Assembly: GCF_000497125.1 (NCBI RefSeq)
Contig: NC_090602.1
Coordinates: forward strand, 186,001 to 250,000
Source: Spironucleus salmonicida
Lineage: Eukaryota
Direction: 5' to 3'
Length of the DNA stretch: 64,000 bases
The first letter of the stretch is position 1, and each line of letters opens with the position of its first letter. The notes beneath the pieces were generated by a model. That model made no database searches. It saw nothing but the letters and a program-made list of their open reading frames with translations, and was not told where the DNA came from. The position numbers and the translations under genes are program-made. This document shows positions 53,042 through 64,000 of this stretch, piece by piece.

Positions 53042-55408
53042 ATGAGTTAACCAATAATTTAAGAAGATATTGATAAAATATATGAATTCTTTGATTTAAA
53101 ATTCAAAGATTCAATTAATAAAGATTCATATTTTATATTATCGAAGATTATTGTATAATTACACCAAATTCGACCAAAATTTTTAAAAACGTTACCTGAA
53201 TTATAATCGCGATTTTGTTAAGATTTATTTTAAGTTATATAAATGAATAATTATTGCATCTCATGTCTTAAATTTATTAATCCAGAAGATAAAGAACTTT
53301 AACAATCTAGAAATACCTGTCCAGCATGTGGAATGAATTTTTGTTGCGGTTACTGTTCATCAGATCTTACTAGCCATCCATGTTAACTTATTACAAAAAT
53401 TAAACTTAAATCTTTATTATTTAACCCAGAAATCTAAACTATGCAGCTTGAATCTAAAAAATTAATTAACTAATACACCTAGAGAAAAGAAGAAGCAGAT
53501 AATATATTAAACTTAGTCGATACTGTTTAGACAGCAGATTTACGAAATGATATGATATTAAAGGAGTCCTAGGAATATTATGATATAAAAATTTAACCAG
53601 TTTACAAATCACTTTTTTAGAAAAAAGATAAATAGCTTATCAAAAATACATCATAATAAGAAATTAAATAAGTTTTTGATCCATTTCTTTATCCTTATTT
53701 CGTGCGGATTTGTGACCTATATTCAAATGGTCTTTAAAAAATCAAGTAAAATTAAAAATATATAGAACATTGTTCCATAGAGGTATTATAATAAACGTCA
53801 TTATTATCGTCCAAGCAGATGAAACTCATAACTGGCTTTAATGAATTTGTATTTCTGATAAAATAACTTGACCTAACCCAAACCAATAAAGAACTAGTAA
53901 ATTAGTTCGCAAAAGGTAAGGAAATATACGATAAATTAAACTCAATTTTGACGACTAACGATGTAACGAAAATGATTAAACTTCCATAAGGCATTAAAAC
54001 CTTAATTTATGAATTATATATGTTAGTTTGCAAGTATATGTAATCGAAATTGATAAATAATGTTAATATTCTTGTTGATTAGTATTAAAAATCTAGTGCT
54101 AAATCAAAATTTGCAGAATCATAGATTGGCATACTTGATTTTGAAAGCAAATAACATTTTGATACCAATTTGGTAATTTCTGATACAATTTTGTAAGCAT
54201 AAGCAAAAGAGGTAGAGTTAAAGTAAAAACTAATGATATTCTAGGCAATTCCTATCGAAACGTTGTTTCATGAGAGTAAGCATTAATATATTAACTAAAT
54301 TTATGAGAATTTTAATGGATTAACACAAGTTCATGAAAAGAAAATAGAAGTTATAGAATAAATTGCTAAAATAAATAAAGTAGATGACAAGCAATCTGAA
54401 GATACTAGTATTATTAATTAAACCTGCCCCTAGTAAGATCATGCTAATGATAGATTCAGTTTAGCTAGAGCATTACAAATCAATAAAAATGAAGAAAATT
54501 AAATTCCTTAGAAGCTATTTTCGTCACGAACTAAATCAAGATCATCGTTATAGAAGTGGTAACCTCGTGCAGGAAATGCTTATAAACATATACAGTAATC
54601 TAAGTAACCATTAATGCTTAGTCAGGTTTTGATAGGTCAGTAAACAAATTTTTAGAAACCTTAAATGTTTACCCGTAAAATGATATGTATAACATAGAAT
54701 AAAGATAAATTATAATCAGAATTTACAGATTTTGTTTAGGAATTACAAGATAAAACTAGTAAAAGGTCATCATCTACCAGTAATATCAGTAAATGGGATT
54801 AATTAAGAAAACAACATTAAAAGAAGATAAATGTGTTTGACTAAGCTAAAAATTTAAGATAAGATATGGAAAAGATACGCAATAGTGCTAATTAGTTGTT
54901 ATAAGTAAATATATTATAAGACCAAACCAAATAAAAAGAAGAGCATCTCATTATTGATACTAGAATATTACATCCGTTTTATAAAGATTTTATACACTAA
55001 AAAGCGATACAGAATTATAGACATTAGTCAAATATTTGGTATATTTTCACTTTATATTTAAATGTTTAAGAATATATTATGAGTTAATAATAGTATAGAT
55101 AAAATTGTATATAAATAATACGTGATCAAAAATATCTAAACTTTTGTAGAACAAAATAACTATATATTGGCTTTAATAAAGTTTGTAAGTATTCTTCTTA
55201 ATAAAGGTTAGAGCTTAAACCTAATAAAATTGCTTTAGGTACAGAAGGAGACAAGCGTATTGATTTAGTTAATCGGTTAGTGGACAAACGTGTTAACATT
55301 ATGCCTTCTAAAGCTAGACGTGAAATGTATTAGAAATTACGATCATATATTTTTGAACTTAAAGGGCTTAGAGACTTTGATGGAATAGTCATGGGTGAGC
55401 CAATGTGA
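53042..55408 (+). CDS. Hypothetical protein with N-terminal Cys-rich zinc finger, about 788 aa (in-frame upstream ATG at 52955)
   Basis: CISC...CPACGMNFCCGYC...HPC cluster; long code-6 frame to TGA at 55406-55408 (middle spot-checked). Confidence 0.75.
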
Positions 55409-55476
55409 ATATTTTGTTATTTATAAAATTATTGTATATTATTAATTGGAATAATTGATTTATTACTTTCCAATTA

Positions 55477-57858
55477 ATGTTTCAGACTAAAGTTAAGTAA
55501 GATTATATCTAGTATGTTCAAAATACTGATTTTTAAACTTAGTGGTTAGAATAAACATTATAAGAATTAGGTAAATCCAATGGTGAATTTGAGTCAGTTA
55601 AGTATTCAGGAAACTTATTTGCAATAAATGCTGCAGTTGTATAAGTATTCAGCATACTAAGAACTGATATCTTAGAACCTATTTAGTACGATAGACTTTT
55701 TATGTAAATAAAAGATTTTATTTAAAAATTGTATGAATTTTATAAAGCATGTTGCTCAGATTCATCTCCAGTATAAGGAAAGCACGACCCAATTAGACTT
55801 TACAATGAGATGTCACTAGTATCTAAAGTAGTTCCTAGAGTCTATATGATAAGTATTATTGGTAGAATTCTATGTGAAAGGGTTCAAGAGAAAATAAGTA
55901 TTATTTAACGCTCTAAAAAACTCACAAAATCCCAAAAATAAGAAATAGTTATGCTCTAGAAATCGTAAGATGATATTATAACAGATATTTCGTCATAAGC
56001 TCATGGTATTTAGAATCCTATAATTTTAATTTTCTTTAGAAATTACTTAATTCAAACATTTACTTCTTCACCTAATGTTATATTTGAAAATTTAACAGAA
56101 ATGAATCGATTTTATGCCAGAACTTAATTTGATCCAGCACGAACTGCAGCTGAAGCACGTAGAAGAGATGATCGCCGCACTTTTCTTGGAAAAACTATTG
56201 CAGATGGATTTTCTAATTTTCTTATAAATTCTCAAAATTGTGCAGAAATTCTTCCAAAGGTACTTTAGGAAATTACATAATCTACAGATAATCTTGCATA
56301 AGTTTAAATACTCAATGCAGCTATCTCACAAATGCCAGTTTCGCTAATTCTATAAAATTTACAGATTCTTTTAGATCAAATTACTACGAATATAATCGGT
56401 ACAGGTGCATTTCTATAGTGTATAGAGAAAATATATCAAAATATTGAATAAAATAATTACGAAATCATTTGCACAGCAGGGATGAAGCTAGCTAAATTAA
56501 TAGTCAATTAGTACTATATAGATGAACACGAACTAACCAAGCTTTTAGCTTTAGGTGGCGGAGTTAAATCTAATTTATCACCCTGGATCTCAATATTATC
56601 ATATCTAATGTAAATTGGCACTCGAATCTGGCCAGACGATTTAAGTAAAATTAGTTTTGCTTTTGATTTAATATTGTAAGTTCTTTATCCAGAAATGGAT
56701 GATTTTGTAAACGAAATAGCTCTTGGAATTGATGAAAATGCTATTTGTTTTATTGAAGAGGAAAAATTATAGTCTTAGAAAGAACGTAAAATGAATTTAA
56801 ATGACTTTGGAAAACGTAAAATGAGTGGGAAAGACGAGATTTCTATTATTCAGCTAATGGTTGGCCCTTTAAGTTACTTAGATGCATCACTGATAGTTCC
56901 ATATTGTATGTTGGCACCTATGGTAGTTTTACGTGAATCAGTAGAAAAAGAACGAAAAATAGAATTTTGTGTTGAATTAGCAAAATAAATTATTATTCTA
57001 AATCTTACAGATGAAGATTTTTTAGTTTAATAAGAGGCACATGAAAATTAAGGTAGAAATGTTGTTTAAATTTGTTCAATACTTACCACTTCACATTCTT
57101 TTATTTTTGCTCAGCTTTTGCATAAAATTCATGGCTCAAAATAAGTGTATCAATTGTTAATAAATTCTGAAATTATACTTTCTGAAACTGCTTCGACTGA
57201 TATTACTCCTGCTTTGTTTTTCACACTCTTGCGTGATAATTATGCATCAGAAGCACTATTTTCTCTTAATTACTTACCATCTTAAAATGTTTAGTAAATA
57301 GTATTTTTAAATCTTTAAGCCGCTCGTCTTTCTGCCGATACATTTAATTTCATTCGTAACGCATTTGAAGCATTTGAAATTTGTGCAATTAGCAGCCAGC
57401 AAAATACTCTTATATCACTTTTTGTTAATAAGCTTATGGAGATAGATTTGGGTGGGGAAGCTTAATGCATTGTGAGCCGTCTCGTGGCTGCAGCGTGCAA
57501 TTTACTATAACGTGAGTAACGCTGTGTCGCATTGTCGAAAGTTGTCGTTTTATGTCGAAAAATTGATATTGAAAGTGCTGAACTAATTGATAAATGTAAA
57601 GAAATGAGCTTGAAATGGGGTAGTTTTGTTGAAATTGAATAAATGAAAGTAATATTGGGGGAAATTGAAGTTGAGAGAGTAGTTTTTGAAGGTGGATAAG
57701 ACGACTAAACTTAGATACTTGAGAACTCAGAAGGGAATAATCAAATTGAGGAAAAAACTAAAGTAGGTGAAGAGGTTTAAGTGGAAAATTAACATGTGGA
57801 AGAAGAGATTTATGAGATTGAAGAAGTAATCGAAGAAATAGAAGAGATCGAATAGTGA
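55477..57858 (+). CDS. VPS35: Retromer subunit VPS35 (divergent), 793 aa
   Basis: LRTDILEPIQYDRLFM, VVPRVYM (PRLYL motif), HGIQNPIILIFFRNYL, NLTEMNRFYAR, TDNLAQ; ends TAG-TGA. Confidence 0.85.
57854..57858 (+). promoter_or_regulatory. AGTGA putative polyadenylation signal fused to the TGA stop (example)
   Basis: VPS35 ends TAG-TGA; the same fusion ends at least ten other genes in the window. Confidence 0.55.
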
Positions 57859-57897
57859 TATGTTGGGAATTTGTTTAAAGTGAAATAGATGAATTAA

Positions 57898-59256
57898 TCA
57901 GTAGTCTTCTTCACCACCTTCACCTTCCCCGTCAGCAACGGTATCCTGGCCGATTTCTTCATAATCCTTCTCGAGAGATGCGAGATCTTCACGGGCTTCA
58001 GAGAATTCACCTTCTTCCATACCTTCACCAACATACCAATGGACGAAAGCACGCTTTGCATACATGAGGTCAAAGTTATGATCCGTTCTGGACCAGACTT
58101 CGGCAATAGCAGTAGAGTTGGAGATCATGAGGACAGCACGCTGAACCTTGGCAAGATCACCACCAGGGATAACGGTGGGTGGCTGATAGTTGATACCAAC
58201 CTTGAAACCAGTAGGGCACCAGTCAACAAACTGGATGGTACGCTTGGTCTTGATGACGGCAATAGCAGCGTTGACATCCTTGGGAACGACGTCACCTCTG
58301 TACATCATGCAGCATGCCATGTACTTACCATGTCTGGGATCACACTTAACCATCATGTTTGCGGGCTCGAAAACAGAGTTAGTGATTTCAGCAACTGTGA
58401 GCTTCTCGTGATAAGCCTTCTCGGAAGACACAAGGGGAGCAAAAGAGCAGAATGGGAAATGGACACGAGGATAAGGTACTAAGTTGGTCTAGAACTCTGT
58501 CATATCAACATTAAGAGCACCATCGAAACGGAGAGAAGCAGTCATACCAGAGATCATCTGGGCGACAATTCTGTTGATGTTGGTATAAGTGCAACGCTCG
58601 ATGTCGAGGTTACGATGGCAGATATCATACATGGCTTCGTTATCAATCATGAAGGCACAGTCGGAGTGTTCAAGCATGCAATGGGCAGCGAGAACAGTGT
58701 TGTAAGGTTCAACTACTGAGACGGCAATGGAGAGAGAAGGATAAATGACGAACTCGAGCTTGGTTTTGCGACCATAATCAACAGAGAGTCTCTCTAGCAG
58801 TAGAGAGCCTAGACCAGAACCAGTACCACCACCGAAAGAGTGGTGGAGCATGAAGCCCTGGAGACCGGAGCAGTCGTCAGCGAGCTTTCTGAGTCTGTCG
58901 AGGACGAGGTCGACGACTTCCTTACCAACAGTGTAGTGACCACGGGCATAGTTGTTGGCTGCGTCTTCCTTACCGGAGATGAGTTACTCAGGGTGATATA
59001 TCTGTCTATAAGCACCGGCACGAACTTCATCTACGACGGTGGGCTCGAGATCGATGTAAACGCAACGGGGTACGTGCTTACCAGCACCAGTCTCAGAGAA
59101 GAAAGTGTTGAAAGAGTCTTCGGCGACACCGATGGACTTGTCAGAAGGCATCTAGCCGTCCTGGTGGATACCGTGTTCAAGGCAGAAGAGTTCCCAGCAG
59201 GAGTTACCCATTTGGACACCAGCTTAACCACAATGAATATTTATAACTTCCCTCAT
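57898..59256 (-). CDS. Alpha-tubulin, 452 aa
   Basis: [22 protein letters not shown] (K40), GGGTGSG, C-terminal EEDY; four in-frame TAA/TAG at conserved Gln positions. Confidence 0.99.
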
Positions 59257-59280
59257 GGTAATTTGAAGGAAAGGAAATTT
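59257..59280 (-). promoter_or_regulatory. C/T-rich element immediately upstream of the alpha-tubulin ATG (example of a recurrent motif)
   Basis: Minus strand reads aaatttcctttccttcaaattacc-ATG; similar patches precede ATGs at 197, 982, 6131, 8320, 30744, 35752, 48916 and 63236. Confidence 0.55.
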
Positions 59281-60136
59281 TGCAAGTTTTATAGTTTGCG
59301 CGTTTGTTTTAGACTAAATTTAGACATGCATATAATAAATTCAATAGAATTTCTGGTAAACTGAAGATATATATTGTTGCATATAAAACTTTTATAAAAA
59401 TTTATCATTTTTCCATATAAAAATTGTGTTTTTTTAATATTAATATGCTAAATCGTAATTTTTAGTGTAACTCTATACTAGAGCTATAATTACTAAAATT
59501 CAATTATAAAGAACAAAATTGTATACAATTTATTTTAATCTATAAATATATTGGTTAATATTCAAATATATAAAAAGAATATATGTTGAATTTCTAATTT
59601 AGTATCAGTTTTTATTTTTGCTTATATATAAATATTTTATAATAAAGTAAGATATTAGCATCTATTTATATGACATATAAATTATAACTAATATTTTATT
59701 TGATATTAAGAATACTTATAATAAGAATATGTTGTTGGAGATTAAATGAACATATATTACTACTTATAAAAATCAAACTATTTTACATATTAGAATTAAT
59801 AAATTTTACGAATAAAAGGAATATCTGCTGTTATTCAATATTTGATTACCATTATTTGCAGATAATTTCCTAGCTATACAATTAAATAAGTGAAAATTAC
59901 GACTATTTATTAAAATCTATTATATTTGGAAAACAATAATAACATACATATTTATAAATAATATTATATCATATTCTTTGGTTATATTTCTATATAATTA
60001 ATGATGTAATTTATTTATAAACGCATTTAGTATTCTTAGTTATTCATTAAATTTATGAGTCTTGTTTAATTTAAAGTACATTTTATTATCTAATAGGAAA
60101 ATTATTACTAATTTATATTTAAAGTAATAAAATTAA

Positions 60137-60829
60137 TCATTATAGTAACAATTCTAATTATTAAATATCAACTTAATTCGCCAATAACCCATTATTAAGA
60201 TAATCTAATCTCCTATGCTTCTCTTATATAAGTTCTTCGAAAATATCATTCATCATGATTGTATCAACTGTCTATGGAGTTACAGCCTCCGTTAATCCTA
60301 TAATTAATGAATCGTAACATAATCTATTGTTTAAATACTTAGCAGTATCTTCAGAATTACAAATTATTTACTGAAGGAACTAATGTATATCAAAATCTAC
60401 AGAAAGTCCTAAAAGTGGTTATAAACCAGCTTTAAACTAGGAAAGCCGGTTAAAACAAACAGTAGAAAAATGAAATGCATATTTTATCTTAGTTTTGCAT
60501 TATCCTTGGTAGGCATCTAATGTTTAAAAAATATAATCGACTAAAGAAATATCTGTGAATGGTTTGACATTAGGATGTGTAGCCTGAGAAGATAATAACC
60601 CTAATGTAGGAAATTTATAAAGCATTAAAAGTTGACCTACTTCCTCTTCGTGTAATTAAAATTTAGGGGCTATCGTTTCCGTATTTTATAATTATTTTAC
60701 AAATTGAACGTATTCTACTGGAACTGTCTAGATTAGTATTTTTGCACACTATTATTTGGAATCTATAGCAGTGAACAGTTTCCAGTCAGTAGTTGAGTAT
60801 ATTAAATTTCTCTGCAGGAATCTCCTCAT
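60137..60829 (-). CDS. Hypothetical protein, 230 aa; possible degenerate protein-kinase fold
   Basis: Open under code 6; kinase-like spacing (LLMLYKFPTLGLL, FTDISLVDYIFQTLDA) with no catalytic motifs. Confidence 0.6.
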
Positions 60830-60896
60830 CAAGTATATGTAATAAAGTCAAAACAAAAAATAATTATATTATTATTATATATTAAATAATATTTTA

Positions 60897-61313
60897 TCAA
60901 TCTATATCTTGATCAGGATCAGACATTTCATTAAGAGCAGTTTCTATTTCATTGTCTAATGTATCTAATTCAAATATTTTAACTTCATCTTCTTTATCCT
61001 CCTATTTTAATTCTAAAATTTACTCTGCCCGTTCAACGTTATCCAATATCCTTTCAATTTCAATTTATTATTTTAGGAGTTTATCTCTTTATACAAAAAT
61101 TGTTTCCTTAGCATCTTAAAGTTCTTTCAGATGTGCTTTGAAATCTGGGGCTTTAATCTCTGAATTAAGCGCATTTTTTAAAATATCATTACCGTTTTAA
61201 AAAGCGTTTTCAGAAGGATTTTATGTTATTTTAATATTTTACTATACTTTTTCAGCAAACTCTTGAGCTTCTTGCTTAAATTACGCTAGTTTATCTTCGA
61301 AATTATCTGCCAT
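60897..61313 (-). CDS. Acidic coiled-coil hypothetical protein, 138 aa
   Basis: MADNFEDKLAQFKQEAQEF...EMSDPDQDID*. Confidence 0.75.
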
Positions 61314-61476
61314 TAAATTACTAAATTATTACAGTATATAAATGAATTAATAATCAATTTAAAAATTAACTTTTGCCTTTAAATTTATAATTAATATTGT
61401 ATATAATTATAGTTATTATTAAAATATAATTATATAATTCTATATAATATAAATACATATATTAGTGAATTTTAAA

Positions 61477-63120
61477 ATGGACTTTGGCTCAGATTCTGAT
61501 ATTGATGATTTCTTAGCCTTAGAAAAAGAAATAAGAAACGAACCAGCCCATAAATTAGAGGAGTTTGCTCGAATGTTTAAAACAAAATCGCCAGGTTAAG
61601 ATGCATTCGGGGACCTAAATATTTTAGGGTAAGATACACCAATAACGCATCAAAACGAAGATTCCTACTAGTTTGATCATGCTGAATCTGATTATGTTCA
61701 TCAAGAGTCTAATAAGAACCATATTAACGACTCCCTAAACGATTCTCTGAACTCACATTTAGACGCCTCTGCAGTTAACTTCAAGCAGAAAATCGAGGAT
61801 AACAAGCCAGTAGTCCTCAATGATATCTCGCGGAAAGTACTCAAAAAGCACCTTTAAGCGCCAAAAGAAGTACCACCTACTGAGGTAGATTTCGACGTCC
61901 AACTCAAGCAAATTGATGGCGAAATCCAGAAGTACCAGTCTCTAAACCGTTAAATTCAAGAAGAAAAGCGGAATCTTAAACTCGACTACGACGGCCTTTT
62001 CCGCAAATTAGAAGCGGAAAAACTCGACTTTGCAGCATTTCGCAAACGCGAATAGGCTGACTTAAAGCGGTAAAAGTAACTTCTGGAAGATGCTCGTCAG
62101 GCGAGATAACAGAAGGATAAAGTTTCTGCAACGCTAGAGTAGTAGAACAAAGCTCTAGCGGACCAGATGACGTCGCTAAAATAAGATATGAAGCGCTAGC
62201 AAAATGCCGCGAAAACGTAGGTCGATGGTGTGCGTTTAAAGCTTGAATAACAAATTTAAGCCAATTAAGAGTTGGTGGTGAAGCTTGAAATTCAGGACAA
62301 ACAAATTCCGCAGCTGAAATAGCTGCAAAAGGGTGGATAGCAGAATAACTAGGCGAAAATCTAGGAACTAAATTCTATAATTTAAGATCAAAACGATCGC
62401 ATAATGCTTCTATAGTAGGATTTACAAACTGAAAAATCACTCAGTTTGCTTAACAGATAAAATACTAAGGAACCTGTGAAGGTCGAAAGTTTCAAATTAG
62501 AAGCTAAGAAGGAGCCAGGTTTGACTAAATCTATTTTTAAGACAGTTGAGTAAACATAAAATAAAGCAGTAAAAAACGATAATGGTCCACCAAAAACTCA
62601 TATTTCAACTTAAAAGAAGAGTGGAGGGTTTGTCGATAGGAAGAATTTTCAAAACATACCATTCTTTGAAAGCTAGGAGCTATTTGATCAATTTAATAAC
62701 GATTTGGAATAATATATAGATAGTAGTGTAGTTGTATCCTCCAAAAAGCTATCAGATCGCGAGGAATTTGCTTATAAATCAGGAGCGAAGCGCTTTATAT
62801 TTAAAAACGGTACTGAAAAAATTGTGCTACCTGATGGAATTACTGATATTTAGTTTGATAACGGTGACATAAAACGAGTGGAACCTTCTACAAGCGGTTA
62901 AATTAGTATCTATTTTTATGCAGATGTAGGCACTTTATTTACTTAGCTTCAAACTACTTAAGGTATGGTAAAAGTGTATAGATTTTAAAATGACTAAATG
63001 GAAAAGCATTTTGAAGATGGAAGAAAAATAGTGTATTACCCAGATGGTACAATGAAATATGTGTATACTGATGGTACAGAGAAAGCTGTTTTCCCAGATG
63101 GTGAAGTAGTTTATAACTGA
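61477..63120 (+). CDS. SAS-4/CPAP (CENPJ)-like centriole protein with TCP10 C-terminal domain, 547 aa
   Basis: Central coiled coil plus Gly-repeat tail: IFKNGTEKIVLPDG, FDNGDIKR, YFYAD, EKHFEDGRKIVYYPDGT, FPDG. Confidence 0.85.
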
Positions 63121-63235
63121 TGTGAAATATTTTTAAATACATATTTTCAAAATGGAACCCTATAACATATTTATTTTTAAATTCTTTATAATATCAAACT
63201 GTATAATAATACAAATTATTCATCGCTCCACATTA

Positions 63236-63613
63236 ATGTTTAATATCAAAGATTTATTATTTGTGTCTGACTTACCACCAACTTATTCACCTGTTGCTAT
63301 GGTTTGCTTTTCTACAACATCACCAGAGGCTCGTCAGCAAATTACTTACCTTTCTACGAAAAGTTTCCCTGCAAATATTATTTTTGCGACGTTAGACTCG
63401 GTATCTCAGATTACACAAATAGCTAATTCACACCCTAATTAATATTTTGCAACTGATAAGGACCAAAAACTGCGCGCATTTTTAGAGAGGAATGTCCCTA
63501 AACTTTAGGCAAGTTCGTTCACATTTATTTTAGTGAATAATAAGGTAGTATGGAAGGGATCAGTAGAAACTGATGATTTCGCTTACTGGATCGACCGTGT
63601 AAGTACGATGTGA
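63236..63613 (+). CDS. Thioredoxin-like fold protein without CxxC, 125 aa
   Basis: PVAMVCFSTTSPEARQQI (position of FWAxWCxxC), FATD, FILVNNKVVWKG; ATG follows catcgctccacatta. Confidence 0.6.
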
Positions 63614-63695
63614 CGGTTTCTATTAAGGTAAATTATAAAAAAATGCTGTTTGTAATTTTACTTTTAGTTGTACTATTATATTATATTAATATAAA

Positions 63696-64000
63696 TCACT
63701 TATTAGATTTAGAACGTTTCAAATCAATGCATTCTCTTTTGCTTTTGGTTAAGTATTAAGGATAGAGCCTTTCAAAAACACATTAATTTAATGGCTCATA
63801 ATCAATAGAAGATTTCAGGCAGGCTAAATTTCGTTTAAAATTAACAGGCCGCTTTTTAGGCATATCTATGAACTAAAACTATGGAGTTTAATCAACTAAA
63901 GAATGAGTCAAAATAGAATCATGATGTGCATATTTTTGCAGTTTGTGAGCTTCCATATACAATTTTTCTCTATATTCTTTAAATCTTTTATTTTACTTTG
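63696..64000 (-). CDS. 3' end of a hypothetical protein (partial)
   Basis: ...CVFERLYPQYLTKSKRECIDLKRSKSNK*; ends AAG-TGA. Confidence 0.6.

Noticed and set aside
57894-59364. Multiple overlapping track ORFs around tubulin
   Set aside because: Antisense or off-frame shadows of the GC-richer tubulin CDS.
6131-63120. Functional cluster of cytoskeleton and cell-cycle genes (Arp, dynein, MOB, TBCC, cyclin, tubulin, SAS-4)
   Set aside because: They are interspersed with unrelated genes on both strands, and such genes are common in flagellate genomes.
1-64000. Massive pseudogenisation or stop read-through as the explanation for in-frame stops
   Set aside because: TAA/TAG fall at conserved Gln positions and TGA does not interrupt the frames I translated; a code change explains this.
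1-64000. Prokaryotic or phage systems, CRISPR arrays, transposons, tRNA/rRNA
   Set aside because: Gene content is eukaryotic; I saw no repeat-spacer arrays, terminal repeats, transposase/RT motifs or structural RNA signatures.

Overview
AT-rich, gene-dense eukaryotic DNA with no introns that I could detect. It uses a non-standard code: TAA/TAG = Gln and TGA is the only stop (table 6). The direct evidence is in-frame TAA/TAG at conserved Gln positions of alpha-tubulin. The supplied standard-code ORF track therefore fragments nearly every gene and many of its entries are antisense shadows. The code, tiny intergenic gaps, an AGTGA motif fused to stop codons and C/T-rich patches just upstream of ATGs suggest a hexamitine diplomonad (Spironucleus/Hexamita/Trepomonas group); this is inference. 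Re-translation by hand gives about 40 CDSs. Recognisable products: Aha1-N protein, actin-related protein, TruA/Pus1, a frameshifted amino-acid transporter, a ~5,440-aa dynein heavy chain, VAP-like protein, MOB, RPC4, lysophospholipid acyltransferase, Smr protein, TBCC, cyclin, alpha/beta hydrolase, ADP-forming acyl-CoA synthetase homolog, VPS35, alpha-tubulin and SAS-4/CPAP. The most unusual items are the dynein with an apparently dead AAA1 site, a degenerate small GTPase fused to an RIIa/Dpy-30-like module, a PWI-like/UBA-like/Smr fusion, and several other probable pseudoenzymes. No rRNA, tRNA, CRISPR array or mobile element was recognised. All family calls come from motif recognition by eye, not from database searches.
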